NCBI GenBank assembly: GCA_036796575.1
Contig: DAIRCR010000002.1
Coordinates: 247,122 to 311,121, forward strand
Direction: 5' to 3'
DNA length: 64,000 nt
Source: Candidatus Nanopelagicales bacterium
GTDB taxonomy: Bacteria > Actinomycetota > Actinomycetes > S36-B12 > UBA5976
Shown here: positions 47,677 to 57,593 of the stretch, one piece after another
How the letters are laid out: every line of letters starts with the position of its first letter
Numbering within the stretch: position 1 is the stretch's first letter
Position numbers and translations under genes: made by a program
Notes under the pieces: generated by a model
Seen by the model: only the letters and a program-made list of their open reading frames with translations
What the model was told of the DNA's origin: nothing
Databases searched by the model: none

Positions 47677-47706
47677 GTGGTTTTGCTTTTGACCCACTTG
47701 TGAATT

Positions 47707-49296
47707 TCACAAAGCTTCACCAAAGCCGCCGCCGCCACTAGTTTCGATGCGAATAATGCTTCCTGGGTCAAGGTCCATTGAAACCTTGCTTGGTATCGGA
47801 ATGATCTGTCCATTTGGATCCATCAAGGTCAACTTTGATGGCTGTCCATTCTCACCACCGTTTCGACCTTGTGCCACAAATTCAGGGTTGGTCTGCTCCG
47901 CGTAAAAAGTTGCATGTTGCGTGTGGTCCAAAATTTGGTATTCACGTCGGATTCCCATGCCACCATTTCGCAAACCTCGGCCACCTGATCCATCAATCAA
48001 TTCAGTTTTCAAAACTCTAACTTGGTAATTAGTTTCAAGAACTTCAATCGGCATCAACCCAACATTTGACATGTAGGTATCTACACCGTCCAGACCATCG
48101 TGCTCGAACGATGCGCCTGTGCCGCCGCCTACAACATCTGAAAGAACTGTTGGCTGTCCAGTGCTAGGTGAAGTTGTTCCAATATTTACTCCAAAAAAAG
48201 TAACGCTGCTGCCAGCAACTTGAAGGTGTGGCCAAAGATCGACAAGTGCGCGAATGGCAGTATCAGCAAAACGTTGACACGTATTGTGGCGCACCGAAAC
48301 GGCTGCTGGTGGGAACGGGTTAAGTACATTGCCTTGTGGGCAAATGATTTCTACAGCGCGCAAAATTCCATCATTAGCTGCAAGCTGCGGTGCTAGCACT
48401 GCTCTAACTGCGTAGACAATGCCAGCCCTGGTACTTGCCCAGGGCACATTCATGGCGCCTGCAACTTGGGGATCACATCCTGAGAGATCAATAGTCAGCG
48501 AGTCGCCAGATTTAGTGATCTTAACTTGCACTCTTGTTGGTGGACCAGACCGACCATCATCATCCAAGAAGCCAACTGCATCGCCAGACCCGTCTGGCAG
48601 TTCATTCAATCGATACTTAATTGCTTTCTCGACTGACTCAAGACTGTTCTGAAAAACTTGTTGCACAACTGGATTGCCATAGGAATCTACTAATTCCAGG
48701 ACTCTTCGCATCCCTAGATTGCACGCAGCTCGTTGCGCTCTTAAGTCACTTACTGTGCTTAAGGGATCGCGGATGTTTGCAGTGATTGTTGCAATCAGAT
48801 CCAAATTCTCTTCACCCTTTAGGTATAGACGAGTGGGAGGAATCACCAGACCTTCAGCAAAAAGTTCCTGTAGTTCTGGGCCCTCACTTCCTGGATGAAC
48901 TCCACCTACGTCAATGTGATGAGCCGCCGTTCCAACCCAAGCAATCACTTGGCCGTCATGAAACACGGGTGCTACGACGTTAACGTCAGGAAGATGCATT
49001 GCGCCCTGATATGGGTGATTGCAAATAAAGACATCGCCATCATAAATGTTTTGATTCCAGGTTGAAATCACTGACTTAACAACCAAAGACATGGCACCCA
49101 GTTGGGCTGGTATGTAATCGGCCTGCGCAACTAAGTCACCATCACTTGTAAAGATGGCACACGAGAAATCTTCCATGTCACGAATGATCGGGCTGTAACT
49201 TGAAAACTTCAGAGCGCCACCCATTTCTTGCGCAGCTGAAATCAGAGCTGCTTCTAAGATTTCTTGTGTAATGAGGTCAATCTCAATTTTCGTCAT
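47707..49296 (-). CDS. hydantoinase B / oxoprolinase family protein (HyuB-like subunit)
   Basis: 529 aa starting at MTKIEIDLITQEILEAALISAAQEMG, which is typical of the HyuB N-terminus. Its ATG overlaps the hyuA-like stop (ATGA). Confidence 0.85.
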   Translation of the reverse strand: MTKIEIDLITQEILEAALISAAQEMGGALKFSSYSPIIRDMEDFSCAIFTSDGDLVAQADYIPAQLGAMSLVVKSVISTWNQNIYDGDVFICNHPYQGAMHLPDVNVVAPVFHDGQVIAWVGTAAHHIDVGGVHPGSEGPELQELFAEGLVIPPTRLYLKGEENLDLIATITANIRDPLSTVSDLRAQRAACNLGMRRVLELVDSYGNPVVQQVFQNSLESVEKAIKYRLNELPDGSGDAVGFLDDDGRSGPPTRVQVKITKSGDSLTIDLSGCDPQVAGAMNVPWASTRAGIVYAVRAVLAPQLAANDGILRAVEIICPQGNVLNPFPPAAVSVRHNTCQRFADTAIRALVDLWPHLQVAGSSVTFFGVNIGTTSPSTGQPTVLSDVVGGGTGASFEHDGLDGVDTYMSNVGLMPIEVLETNYQVRVLKTELIDGSGGRGLRNGGMGIRREYQILDHTQHATFYAEQTNPEFVAQGRNGGENGQPSKLTLMDPNGQIIPIPSKVSMDLDPGSIIRIETSGGGGFGEAL

Positions 49297-51350
49297 GATT
49301 GGTCCTCTCTGATCAACAAGTCCCCTAGGGCAGTTACTGTCACCACTTGTCCAGGAAGAGCTACTGTCGTGGAATCCATTTGATGAACGATGCAAGGACC
49401 ATGAAACACATTTCCTGCCAGCAATTTCTCGCGCTGGTAAATCTTTGTTTCAATACCCTCCGAAAATCCTGGGAAGATTACAGTCTGGACGCCAATTACA
49501 GCATCATCGACAACCGTCGCATCTCCTGCCTTAATCTTTGCTGATTCAGTTTTTGGGAAATAACCCCTTGCGCTTATTCGAAGTGTCACAACTTCTATTG
49601 GTTGATCCAAACTTGCATGTCCGTAAAGAGTTCTGTGCGCTTCATGGAAAAGTTCTGGGAGTGAATCAACATCGGTCAGTGTTGAAGATACCTTGATTGG
49701 CAACTCATATCCCTGGCCTAAATACCGTGCATCAATTACGGCATCAAACTCAATCTCATCGGAAGAGATTCCATCAGCAATCAGCCTCGCGATCAGCTCT
49801 TTTTGCCTTCCTTCAAACCAAGCAACATAACTTGAAGTCTCATCTGTTGAAAATGGTGACAACAAGGTCTGCGCAGCATCAATTCTCACTCCAGCAGAAA
49901 GCAGTCCATCTGCCGAAAACAGGCCTGGGCGATTTGGGATTAAGGCGGATTCCAGATTTAGGTTTCGCAGCAATAGCCCCGCATGTAACGGGCCGGCGCC
50001 ACCGAAGGGAACGAGGGTGAAATCTCTTGGATCTAAGCCGCGTTCAATACTTACTTGGCGCAGCGCCCGAATCATGTGCGCAACCGACATGGAAACAATT
50101 GCTATCGCGGTTTGAACAACGCCTTGTCCTAATCTTTCTGCAACTTCGGAAACCGCCTTTACGGCTGCTTCTTTACTGAGTGTTAAACCACTTGCAAGAC
50201 TCTGTTGCCCTATCGTTCCGAGAACCACGTGGGCATCTGTCAAAGTAGCAAGAGTTCCACCCTGCATGTAGGCAGCTGGACCGGGAACTGCTTTTGCTGA
50301 CATCGGGCCAACTTTTAATCTTCCTGTGTTATCAACGTAAGCAATACTTCCGCCACCTGAACCAATCGTGTGAATATCTACTGTTGGCGCCAGTAACGTG
50401 TGGTCATTTATGGTTTGCATTGATTTCAAAGGCAGCATGCCATCTTTAATCAGACAGATATCTGTCGATGTGCCACCCATGTCAAGGCCAATCAACTTAT
50501 CTAAGTTGTGCTGGCGGCCAAGGGTGACTAGTCCAGCTGCGCCACCTGCAGGGCCAGATAAAATCAACCGATGAGACTCTTGCGCTGACCTGGTAGCAAG
50601 TGCGCACCCACCATTTGATTGCATGACTAGAAATGGGGCGTGCACACGGCTTGCTTCAATTTTGTCTTGCACGCTTTCCAGATAACTTCCAACAATTGGA
50701 CGAAGCCCGGCATTGATAACAGTCGTCGAAGTTCGTGGATACTCTCGGAACTCTCGAACAATCTCACTTGAAACTGTGACGGGAATGTGTGGAAACGCTT
50801 GTCGAATTTTGTGCGCAAGTCTTGATTCATGTTCATCATTGCTGTAGCTAAACAATAAACAAATTGCAATAGATTCAGCCTCGATACTAGTTAGCTGTTC
50901 GATTACTCGATCAATTTCATCTTCCATCAAAGGCTTTAGAACTTTGCCACCGGTGGTTACGCGTTCATCAACTTCAACGCAATGTTCTCGTGCAACCAAT
51001 TGTGCTGGCCGTGGCACATGCAGATTGTAAATATCTGGACGGATTCCATTTCGAATGGCCAATACGTCTTTAAAGCCAGCAGTGACAACTAAGGCAACTT
51101 TTGAAAAATGATTTGTCAGGATTGCATTTGTTGCAATCGTGGTTCCGTGGCAAATCAAGTTGATTTTGTTAGGGTCAAGTCCCTGCTGAACTAAAGCTTG
51201 AATTGAATTTACTAAAGCACGTCCTGGATCATCCGGTGTTGATGGAACTTTTGCCACCATAAAATTTCCATCTTGAGCCCGTGCTACCGAATCTGTGAAT
51301 GTTCCGCCCGTGTCAATGCTTATGGTCCAAGAGTTCTGTGGCATGACCAA
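49293..51350 (-). CDS. hydantoinase A / oxoprolinase family protein (HyuA-like subunit)
   Basis: 685 aa. SIDTGGTFTD at the N-terminus and DMGGTSTD (ASKHA ATPase motifs) are present. Confidence 0.88.
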   Translation of the reverse strand: MVMPQNSWTISIDTGGTFTDSVARAQDGNFMVAKVPSTPDDPGRALVNSIQALVQQGLDPNKINLICHGTTIATNAILTNHFSKVALVVTAGFKDVLAIRNGIRPDIYNLHVPRPAQLVAREHCVEVDERVTTGGKVLKPLMEDEIDRVIEQLTSIEAESIAICLLFSYSNDEHESRLAHKIRQAFPHIPVTVSSEIVREFREYPRTSTTVINAGLRPIVGSYLESVQDKIEASRVHAPFLVMQSNGGCALATRSAQESHRLILSGPAGGAAGLVTLGRQHNLDKLIGLDMGGTSTDICLIKDGMLPLKSMQTINDHTLLAPTVDIHTIGSGGGSIAYVDNTGRLKVGPMSAKAVPGPAAYMQGGTLATLTDAHVVLGTIGQQSLASGLTLSKEAAVKAVSEVAERLGQGVVQTAIAIVSMSVAHMIRALRQVSIERGLDPRDFTLVPFGGAGPLHAGLLLRNLNLESALIPNRPGLFSADGLLSAGVRIDAAQTLLSPFSTDETSSYVAWFEGRQKELIARLIADGISSDEIEFDAVIDARYLGQGYELPIKVSSTLTDVDSLPELFHEAHRTLYGHASLDQPIEVVTLRISARGYFPKTESAKIKAGDATVVDDAVIGVQTVIFPGFSEGIETKIYQREKLLAGNVFHGPCIVHQMDSTTVALPGQVVTVTALGDLLIREDQS

Positions 51351-51426
51351 ATTCTATGATTACTACGGATAATTAATCAGTAGTTTGATAAATAGATCAA
51401 GCCATCTCGCTAACAACAAATCGCAA

Positions 51427-51466
51427 CAAAAACAACCCCTGACTAAATCGCCAGGGGTTGTTTTCG
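51427..51466 (-). terminator. rho-independent terminator downstream of the SHOCT gene
   Basis: AACAACCCCTG-(10 nt)-CAGGGGTTGTT forms an 11-bp stem flanked by A-rich and T-rich runs. It begins 9 nt past the stop at 51475. Confidence 0.7.
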
Positions 51467-51474
51467 TTGACTAC

Positions 51475-51711
51475 TTAGATGCCAAGTGCCTTGGCTTTTG
51501 CTGCAGCGAATTCTTCGTCAGAAAGAACGCCCTGCGCGTGAAGTGCAGCAAGTTCCTGCACCTTTGCGATTGAATCGTCACCGGCAGGTGCAGCCGCTGC
51601 TGGAGCGGATGCTTGTGCTGCTGCCATCTGGCGCTGTGCCACACGACCTGACACAGCAGTTGCTGTTCCGGAAATAACTGCGGTACGAGCCGCAACTCTC
51701 ATAAGTCCCAT
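51475..51711 (-). CDS. SHOCT-domain small protein
   Basis: 78 aa. The C-terminal IAKVQELAALHAQGVLSDEEFAAAKAKALGI matches the SHOCT pattern, and the N-terminal half is Ala-rich. Confidence 0.75.
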   Translation of the reverse strand: MGLMRVAARTAVISGTATAVSGRVAQRQMAAAQASAPAAAAPAGDDSIAKVQELAALHAQGVLSDEEFAAAKAKALGI

Positions 51712-51737
51712 TTTGATTTTCCTTTTCTAATAATTCT

Positions 51738-52154
51738 TTAGCGAGCTTCTAAGAAGTTGGTAACAACTTCTGCTGGAATACGAATCTGATCAAGCACACG
51801 TGCATTTGATGCGGAAATTGCATCCGTGAACTTAGCTGCCCAAGTGTTTTCAAAGGCAACCATTAGTGCTGAACTGTTTGGTGCCAGATCGTCTGAAAGT
51901 TCTTCAGCATCTTCGCTATCAAGTGTGCCTGGGTAGGCAACACCAAGAGCCATGAATGCTGGTCCTTCATTTGGATCTAGATCTTCGATTGCAAGAACAG
52001 AAACTACGCCGTCTGCATCCTTGCTGATGAAAAGTAAATCGATAAGGCGGATAGTTCCGCTTTCAACAAGGTCAAGAATTGCAGGTGCAACCTTGCCATT
52101 GAACTTGTTTCCTGGAAAGTCAATAATGACAATGTCCACTGGTCCGAATCCCAT
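51738..52154 (-). CDS. uncharacterized conserved cytosolic protein (I recall similar actinobacterial proteins labelled DUF6325/DUF1269-like; unverified)
   Basis: MGFGPVDIVIIDFPGNKFNGKVAPAILDLVESGTIRLIDLLFISKDADG... I chose the ATG at 52154. It lies 26 nt upstream of the SHOCT gene. Confidence 0.65.
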   Translation of the reverse strand: MGFGPVDIVIIDFPGNKFNGKVAPAILDLVESGTIRLIDLLFISKDADGVVSVLAIEDLDPNEGPAFMALGVAYPGTLDSEDAEELSDDLAPNSSALMVAFENTWAAKFTDAISASNARVLDQIRIPAEVVTNFLEAR

Positions 52155-52239
52155 AAATCCTCCGTTGATAGGGCCGAGCCAAAAGCCTAACAAGGCATTT
52201 CAATCGTGGGTAACTCGAGGAAAAATTCCGATATAAAAG

Positions 52240-52312
<73 letters not shown>

Positions 52313-52468
52313 TACCTTGCCTTTCGGCAATTCCCCGATCCTAGCGGATTTTGAGGCCTTTCTAGAATTCGAGGTTCCTTATCAACCATTACGCCCTTGG
52401 TGATCTTGGAATGAAATAGTCCCCCAAATGAGCGACAATAGAAATGGTAAGAACCATTAGGAGAAACA

Positions 52469-53398
52469 ATGTATCCAGCTCGCGACCTCTATACAGTTGT
52501 CGTGCCGCCTGCTGACCAAATTGAGGGTGGCGTGGAATCTGGAATTGTCCTAATTCATGGCCTAACTGGATTCATGGATGCCGGTGGCGGTGGCCGCCTG
52601 GCTGTGGCACACATCTTGGACACTATGAAGAATCGCCCGGTTGCCTACTTCCACATCGATTCGCTTTACGATTACCGCGGTCGTCGCCCAAAAACAATTT
52701 TTGATTCTGATCACTACGAATCGATGGAACTTCCTCACATCACACTTTCCGAAGTAACTGATGGTGAAGGTCAGACCTTCTTATTGCTACACGGTGTTGA
52801 GCCAGATCTTGGTTGGCAGAGTGTGGTTCGCAGTGTGATCGAATTGATCCGCGAATACGGCGTTCGCATCACTGTGGGCATGCATGCAATTCCATGGCCA
52901 GCTCCGCACACCCGTCCAGTTGAAATTACAGCTCACTCTTCTGATCCAGAACTAATTGGAATTCATCAGCCATGGGTTGGCCAAGTTGAAATTCCAGGCA
53001 GCTTGCCAGCTTTGATTGAACTTGAAGCAACAAAAGCGAAGTTGCCTGCAATGGGATACGCAGCTCACGTGCCGCATTACTTAGCTGGCGGTGACTATCC
53101 GAAGGCGGCTCTTGCGCTACTTGATCAGTTGGCCCTAAGCACTGGGTTAGTTTTGCCACGCGACACACTGCGCACTGCTGCTGCCGATATGGATGCTGAC
53201 ATCGACAAGCAGATTCTGTCGATCGACGAGAACCGCGAAGTTGTTGCATCCCTTGAACAACAGCATGACTCGATGATGGAAACTCGTCGCGAACTAACTG
53301 CTGGATCTGATGGCAGCATGGTCAGTGGCGATGAACTTGCCGCAAGCTTTGAGCAATACCTTGCCGAGATGGACGGAAAAGGCGAAACCGAAAGTTAG
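52469..53398 (+). CDS. PAC2 (proteasome assembly chaperone 2-like) family protein
   Basis: 309 aa with the pattern LIHGLTGFMDAGG...LLHGVEPDLGW...HVPHYLA typical of actinobacterial PAC2-family proteins. SD TAGGAG. Confidence 0.75.
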   Translation: MYPARDLYTVVVPPADQIEGGVESGIVLIHGLTGFMDAGGGGRLAVAHILDTMKNRPVAYFHIDSLYDYRGRRPKTIFDSDHYESMELPHITLSEVTDGEGQTFLLLHGVEPDLGWQSVVRSVIELIREYGVRITVGMHAIPWPAPHTRPVEITAHSSDPELIGIHQPWVGQVEIPGSLPALIELEATKAKLPAMGYAAHVPHYLAGGDYPKAALALLDQLALSTGLVLPRDTLRTAAADMDADIDKQILSIDENREVVASLEQQHDSMMETRRELTAGSDGSMVSGDELAASFEQYLAEMDGKGETES

Positions 53399-53416
53399 TC
53401 GATCTGGCAGTAATTG

Positions 53417-54469
53417 CTAAGCAAAAACTGTGTCAGGAAATACTAAAGTTCCAGGATCAAGTGTTACGCCTACGCCAATCTGAGCACGTTCTGCAATTAC
53501 CGTGTCAACTATTTGGCAATCACTTGAAATCTTTACCGCTGTGCTGACAATTGAATTTGTTATTTGAGTTCCGCTGCCAACTTCAACGCCAGCAAAGATC
53601 ACACTGCCAGAAATCACCGCGCCGGCACCAATGACCGCGTTGTGGCCTACATAAGTTCCACCAGTAATCGAGGCACTGCTATCAACTTTTGCAGTTGGTT
53701 CGATTAATGCTTCACCTGTGCGACCAGTTAACAATGGTGAACGTGCGATACCTCGAACTAGATCCGCTGAACCCTTAGCAAAAGCCAACGGGGTTCCCAG
53801 GTCGAGCCAATAACCATCATCAACGACACCTATCACCATACGATCGGCTGCCAGTAGCGCAGGAAAAGTTTCACGCTCAACGGAAACTGGACGATCACTT
53901 GGAATCGAGTCGATTACGGAACGCTTGAAGATATAGCAACCAGCATTGATTTGATCGGTAACAATTTCTTCTGGCGTAGTTGGTTTTTCCAAGAACTCTA
54001 AAACTCTGCCGTTTGCATCTGTTGGCACCAAGCCATACGCCCGAGGATCTTCCACACGTGTTAGATACAAAGCCACATCAGCATCAGCATCGCGCCATTT
54101 TTGAACCAGGCCTGCAATGTCTAAGCCAGTTAAAACATCACCGTTAAACACAACGACTGGGTCATTAGGCCCACAAGTTAAATGTGCCGCAGCATTTCGA
54201 ATCGCACCCCCGGTGCCCAGCGGTTCATCCTCAACGGCATAAACCAATTCGACGCCGACCTTCTCACCATGACCAAAATGTTCTTCAAAAACTTCAGCCC
54301 GATACGAAGTGCCCATTACGATTCGGCTAACTCCAGCCTGACGAGCAAGTGCTATTTGGTGTTCAGTGCAGGCGTACCCGGCAACTGGCAGCATCGGCTT
54401 AGGCGTAGAGATCGTAAGTGGGCGCAGACGTGTTCCCTGGCCACCAACTAACAAAATTGCTTCTAACAC
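53417..54469 (-). CDS. NDP-sugar pyrophosphorylase (mannose-1-phosphate guanylyltransferase-like) with C-terminal hexapeptide-repeat domain
   Basis: LVGGQGTRLRPLT nucleotide-binding loop, with a C-terminal left-handed beta-helix. 350 aa. Confidence 0.88.
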   Translation of the reverse strand: MLEAILLVGGQGTRLRPLTISTPKPMLPVAGYACTEHQIALARQAGVSRIVMGTSYRAEVFEEHFGHGEKVGVELVYAVEDEPLGTGGAIRNAAAHLTCGPNDPVVVFNGDVLTGLDIAGLVQKWRDADADVALYLTRVEDPRAYGLVPTDANGRVLEFLEKPTTPEEIVTDQINAGCYIFKRSVIDSIPSDRPVSVERETFPALLAADRMVIGVVDDGYWLDLGTPLAFAKGSADLVRGIARSPLLTGRTGEALIEPTAKVDSSASITGGTYVGHNAVIGAGAVISGSVIFAGVEVGSGTQITNSIVSTAVKISSDCQIVDTVIAERAQIGVGVTLDPGTLVFPDTVFA

Positions 54470-54499
54470 TTTCCCAGCCTAACTATCTATGGAATTGAT

Positions 54500-55207
54500 T
54501 CAGCCGAGCTGCACAATCTGTTCAAGTTTTTCTTGTTTCTTAATAACTTCAAGGTCTGGATTTGCTTGGTCAATCAGAACGACTGAATGACCGAACGCAA
54601 CCGGCAAGACAACTTGGAATGCAGTTGTGGTGACTAGGTCAGATGTGCCATGTAATCCATAACTTTGACCTGATGATAAACCGTAATCATCCGCTAGCTC
54701 TTTAGTTCGCTTCATTAACTGTGCCCAAGTAAATTCAACAGATTCATTAGTAACCGCACTGTGATCTGACGACACTGGCCAGGTGGGCGAAAAGAAGTCA
54801 CCGAAGTTTCTAACTTCAGCTGAACCGTTGACAAAGCCTGCAGGAACATCTTTTTCCGGCATTCCAAATGGATCTTTGCTAACCACAACAAACTCTTCAG
54901 GCAAGCCTTGCCAAGTTTGGGCAGCGGCTTTAGTGCCAAAAGTAATAGTTGGCTGGCTTTCAACAATTGTTAAGCCTGTGGTTAGTGCAGTTCCCAACCA
55001 CACTGGTGACTGCCAATGTTTACCAAGCTCAATACTTACTGTGGCATCTTCACCCAGCTCCAAACCATCGACAAGGAAATTACTGGCTTTGCTTATCGCA
55101 TTGTTGAAAGTAATTGCGGAAAGCTCGATTCGACCAAGATCACTAATCCAGGTAACGATTGGCGACGGCCCACGGCCGCGAACAGACTTTTGAAGTTCGG
55201 TAAACAC
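54500..55207 (-). CDS. TIGR03089-type actinobacterial conserved protein (function unknown)
   Basis: 235 aa. Length, sequence style (PIVTWISDLGRIELSAITFNNAISKASNFLVDGL...) and its position next to the LCP ligase locus match the family I recall from Rv3268. Assigned from memory. Confidence 0.6.
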   Translation of the reverse strand: MFTELQKSVRGRGPSPIVTWISDLGRIELSAITFNNAISKASNFLVDGLELGEDATVSIELGKHWQSPVWLGTALTTGLTIVESQPTITFGTKAAAQTWQGLPEEFVVVSKDPFGMPEKDVPAGFVNGSAEVRNFGDFFSPTWPVSSDHSAVTNESVEFTWAQLMKRTKELADDYGLSSGQSYGLHGTSDLVTTTAFQVVLPVAFGHSVVLIDQANPDLEVIKKQEKLEQIVQLG

Positions 55208-55213
55208 AGCACA

Positions 55214-57388
55214 CTATCTAGCAGTGAACGATGAAGTCACACTGGGCGAGTAGCCAGTGATGTTTCGAGTCCTGACCTGAATCTTGTAAGTCGAATTCTT
55301 TTTCCACTTTTTTAGGGTCACTTTGGTCTTCATGCCAGATGATTTCGTCCACTTGCCGTACTTGCCACCATTTTTGGCGACTCGGTAGTAGTAACCAGTT
55401 GATGCATATTCAGTAGGTGCTGGCTTCCAAGAAACCGTTACTCGGTTCTTGGAAAGTCGCTTAAAGTTCACCGTCGTAACTGCGGAAGGTTTAGGCGGTG
55501 CAAACTTCTTAACTTTATAGTTGGCGCCGGTAACTGTTGATTCACCAAGGGCGTTCTTTGACTTAACTTCTACTTGATATGACTTCCCTAGTTTCCACTT
55601 GGCAGAGAATGAGGACTTATTTGCCGCTTTCCATGCACCCCAAGATTTTCCACCATCTTCTGAGACTCGGAAGAAATTTGCAGTCACTGGTGCTGGATTT
55701 GCAGTGTCAGCAACCCAAGAGACTTTTGTGTCAGTGCTGGATGTGCGAATAAACCCAACTTTTGTTACTGCCTGAGGCAACGAACCAATTGCAACCACAT
55801 TCCTTGCTGAAGGTACTTTTACGCCACTTACAGTTGCGTTGACTGTTACTGCATATCTACCCTTTGGAACTGTCGCACCTGCACTGTCGGTTCGATCCCA
55901 TACAAAAGAGACTGGTCCAGAAGTTGCTTGCGTTCCAGAAGTTGCTTGAATAGGTATCCCGCTGTCCGCATTCGTTACGTCGACGGACCAAGTTGAATTC
56001 GCCGGAATAATCGCGGAAACAGTGACTGATCCTGAGGTTGATTCGTCAACCACATTTGGCGAAACACTAACTCCTTGAATAACTGGAGCTAACAAAGTTG
56101 TTGCGCGGGCTCTGATGTCGTTCATGTATGGATACAGATAGCGTCCTGGGCACGCAGTCTTGCCAACATCTCTATGTGCGGATATAACTTGAGTAACTGC
56201 GGTTTGGCCGGCACGATATTTTGAAGAACCTGATTTATCTGTTGAAAGAATATAGGCCTTGGCGTTTGGATCTAATCCATACGGCGCAAGTTTCCATGCC
56301 ATAAGTGATGCGATTGATTCAACCATTGCAGCGGGATTTTTTGGAGCTAGTACGTCATAGTTTCCAATCGCAGAAACCCCAAAGGTATTGATGTTCAAAC
56401 CTGCAGTGTGAGCACCTTGAGCTGGAATTGTTGGACTATCGCAACCAACGGCTTTAACTGCACAACCACTGCGTCCTTCATAAATTGTTCCGTACTTATC
56501 AACTAAGAAGTTGTAACCCATGTCGGCATACTTCAGGCTTTTTGTGAAGTATGCATATAGGTTTCGCATTTGCGCAGGTGCTTGAGCGGCCGTGTAGTTA
56601 TTAGTTGAAGCAGTGTGGTGCACAATTCCTGCGAGAATCTTGGTTCCAACTTTTGGCACCGGGTCCCGCCAGGATTCATTTGCGCCCCATTCAGCTCGCG
56701 AAACAATGCGCGGCCGGGGAACTAATGCACCTTGTGGAGAAACTGAAGCACCCACTAAAGCAGAGGTGGCTTGGGTCTGCATTGTGCCACTCGACGTAGC
56801 CATGCGAATTGTTTGTTGTCCGATGTTTTGATCTTGGACCGTTACTTCTGAATTAATCAGCGTTACTTTCATTTCGGAAGGTATGGAACCAGAATCATTT
56901 TGCATGATGACTTCAACGCCGTTAGCTAAACCTGTCAGAAGTGGATCGCTGCCAACGCGTGCATCAATGCTCTCTGTGCCATCAGTTCCGACACCTTGGT
57001 ACTCGGTGTATTCGAGTTTGAACCAATCCGACCAGACACCAGATTCACGAACTCGAACCTTGAATTCAGTTCCTGCGGCAACTGTGCCAACCCAAGTTAG
57101 TCCTACCAAAGTAAATGAACTAACGGTTTGAGCCGGTAAAAGTGTGGTGGTTCGTTTTCCCGTGGACAGCGCACTCATCCCATAACGTGGTGTGACGCTC
57201 AATTCATTAACCGTTACCGGTGGCGTGTAGCCAGATACTGCCTTCACTGAACTGGCACCCTTAACTGATCCAGCTTGAAGGGCTGCCAAATCAAGAGCGT
57301 TGGCTGGCGCCGAAATTAGAGTGCTCGCCGCGACCGTGGCTGCCATAGAAAGGCACAAAGCACGGAGGTATTTTTTGCGGGGAAGCAT
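55214..57388 (-). CDS. secreted N-acetylmuramoyl-L-alanine amidase (Amidase_2/PGRP type) with C-terminal tandem FN3-like domains
   Basis: Signal peptide MLPRKKYLRALCLSMAATVAASTLISAPANA. Amidase block SRAEWGANE...IVHHTAS...GYNFLVDKYGTIYEGR...SAHRDVGKTACPG. Two C-terminal modules are mutually similar (KVSWVAD...FFRVSEDGGKSWGAW / TVSWKPAP...YYRVAKNGGKYGKW). Confidence 0.85.
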   Translation of the reverse strand: MLPRKKYLRALCLSMAATVAASTLISAPANALDLAALQAGSVKGASSVKAVSGYTPPVTVNELSVTPRYGMSALSTGKRTTTLLPAQTVSSFTLVGLTWVGTVAAGTEFKVRVRESGVWSDWFKLEYTEYQGVGTDGTESIDARVGSDPLLTGLANGVEVIMQNDSGSIPSEMKVTLINSEVTVQDQNIGQQTIRMATSSGTMQTQATSALVGASVSPQGALVPRPRIVSRAEWGANESWRDPVPKVGTKILAGIVHHTASTNNYTAAQAPAQMRNLYAYFTKSLKYADMGYNFLVDKYGTIYEGRSGCAVKAVGCDSPTIPAQGAHTAGLNINTFGVSAIGNYDVLAPKNPAAMVESIASLMAWKLAPYGLDPNAKAYILSTDKSGSSKYRAGQTAVTQVISAHRDVGKTACPGRYLYPYMNDIRARATTLLAPVIQGVSVSPNVVDESTSGSVTVSAIIPANSTWSVDVTNADSGIPIQATSGTQATSGPVSFVWDRTDSAGATVPKGRYAVTVNATVSGVKVPSARNVVAIGSLPQAVTKVGFIRTSSTDTKVSWVADTANPAPVTANFFRVSEDGGKSWGAWKAANKSSFSAKWKLGKSYQVEVKSKNALGESTVTGANYKVKKFAPPKPSAVTTVNFKRLSKNRVTVSWKPAPTEYASTGYYYRVAKNGGKYGKWTKSSGMKTKVTLKKWKKNSTYKIQVRTRNITGYSPSVTSSFTAR

Positions 57389-57593
57389 ACCTATAGTCTG
57401 TCTGACTATCGATACCATCAGCCCCATCTGTCACACAAGATTTGGGTTGTGTCTGCCACATTTTTGGCCAAAACTGCTTAAAAATCGGCAAATTTACGCT
57501 TATGTCAGATGTCGTACGATCGTATGGTGTCCAAAACTGACACTGAGGTCCAATAACTGAGGATCTATTAGCAATGAGCAGAAGGGTTAGGGC

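Noticed and set aside
51471-51695. Alternative-frame and antisense ORFs overlapping the SHOCT gene
   Set aside because: Only the 51475..51711 frame gives a recognisable SHOCT C-terminus and is followed by a terminator.
57515-57524. Perfect 10-bp palindrome TACGATCGTA in the amidase/LCP divergent region
   Set aside because: Dozens of 10-bp palindromes are expected by chance in 64 kb, and nothing else supports it.
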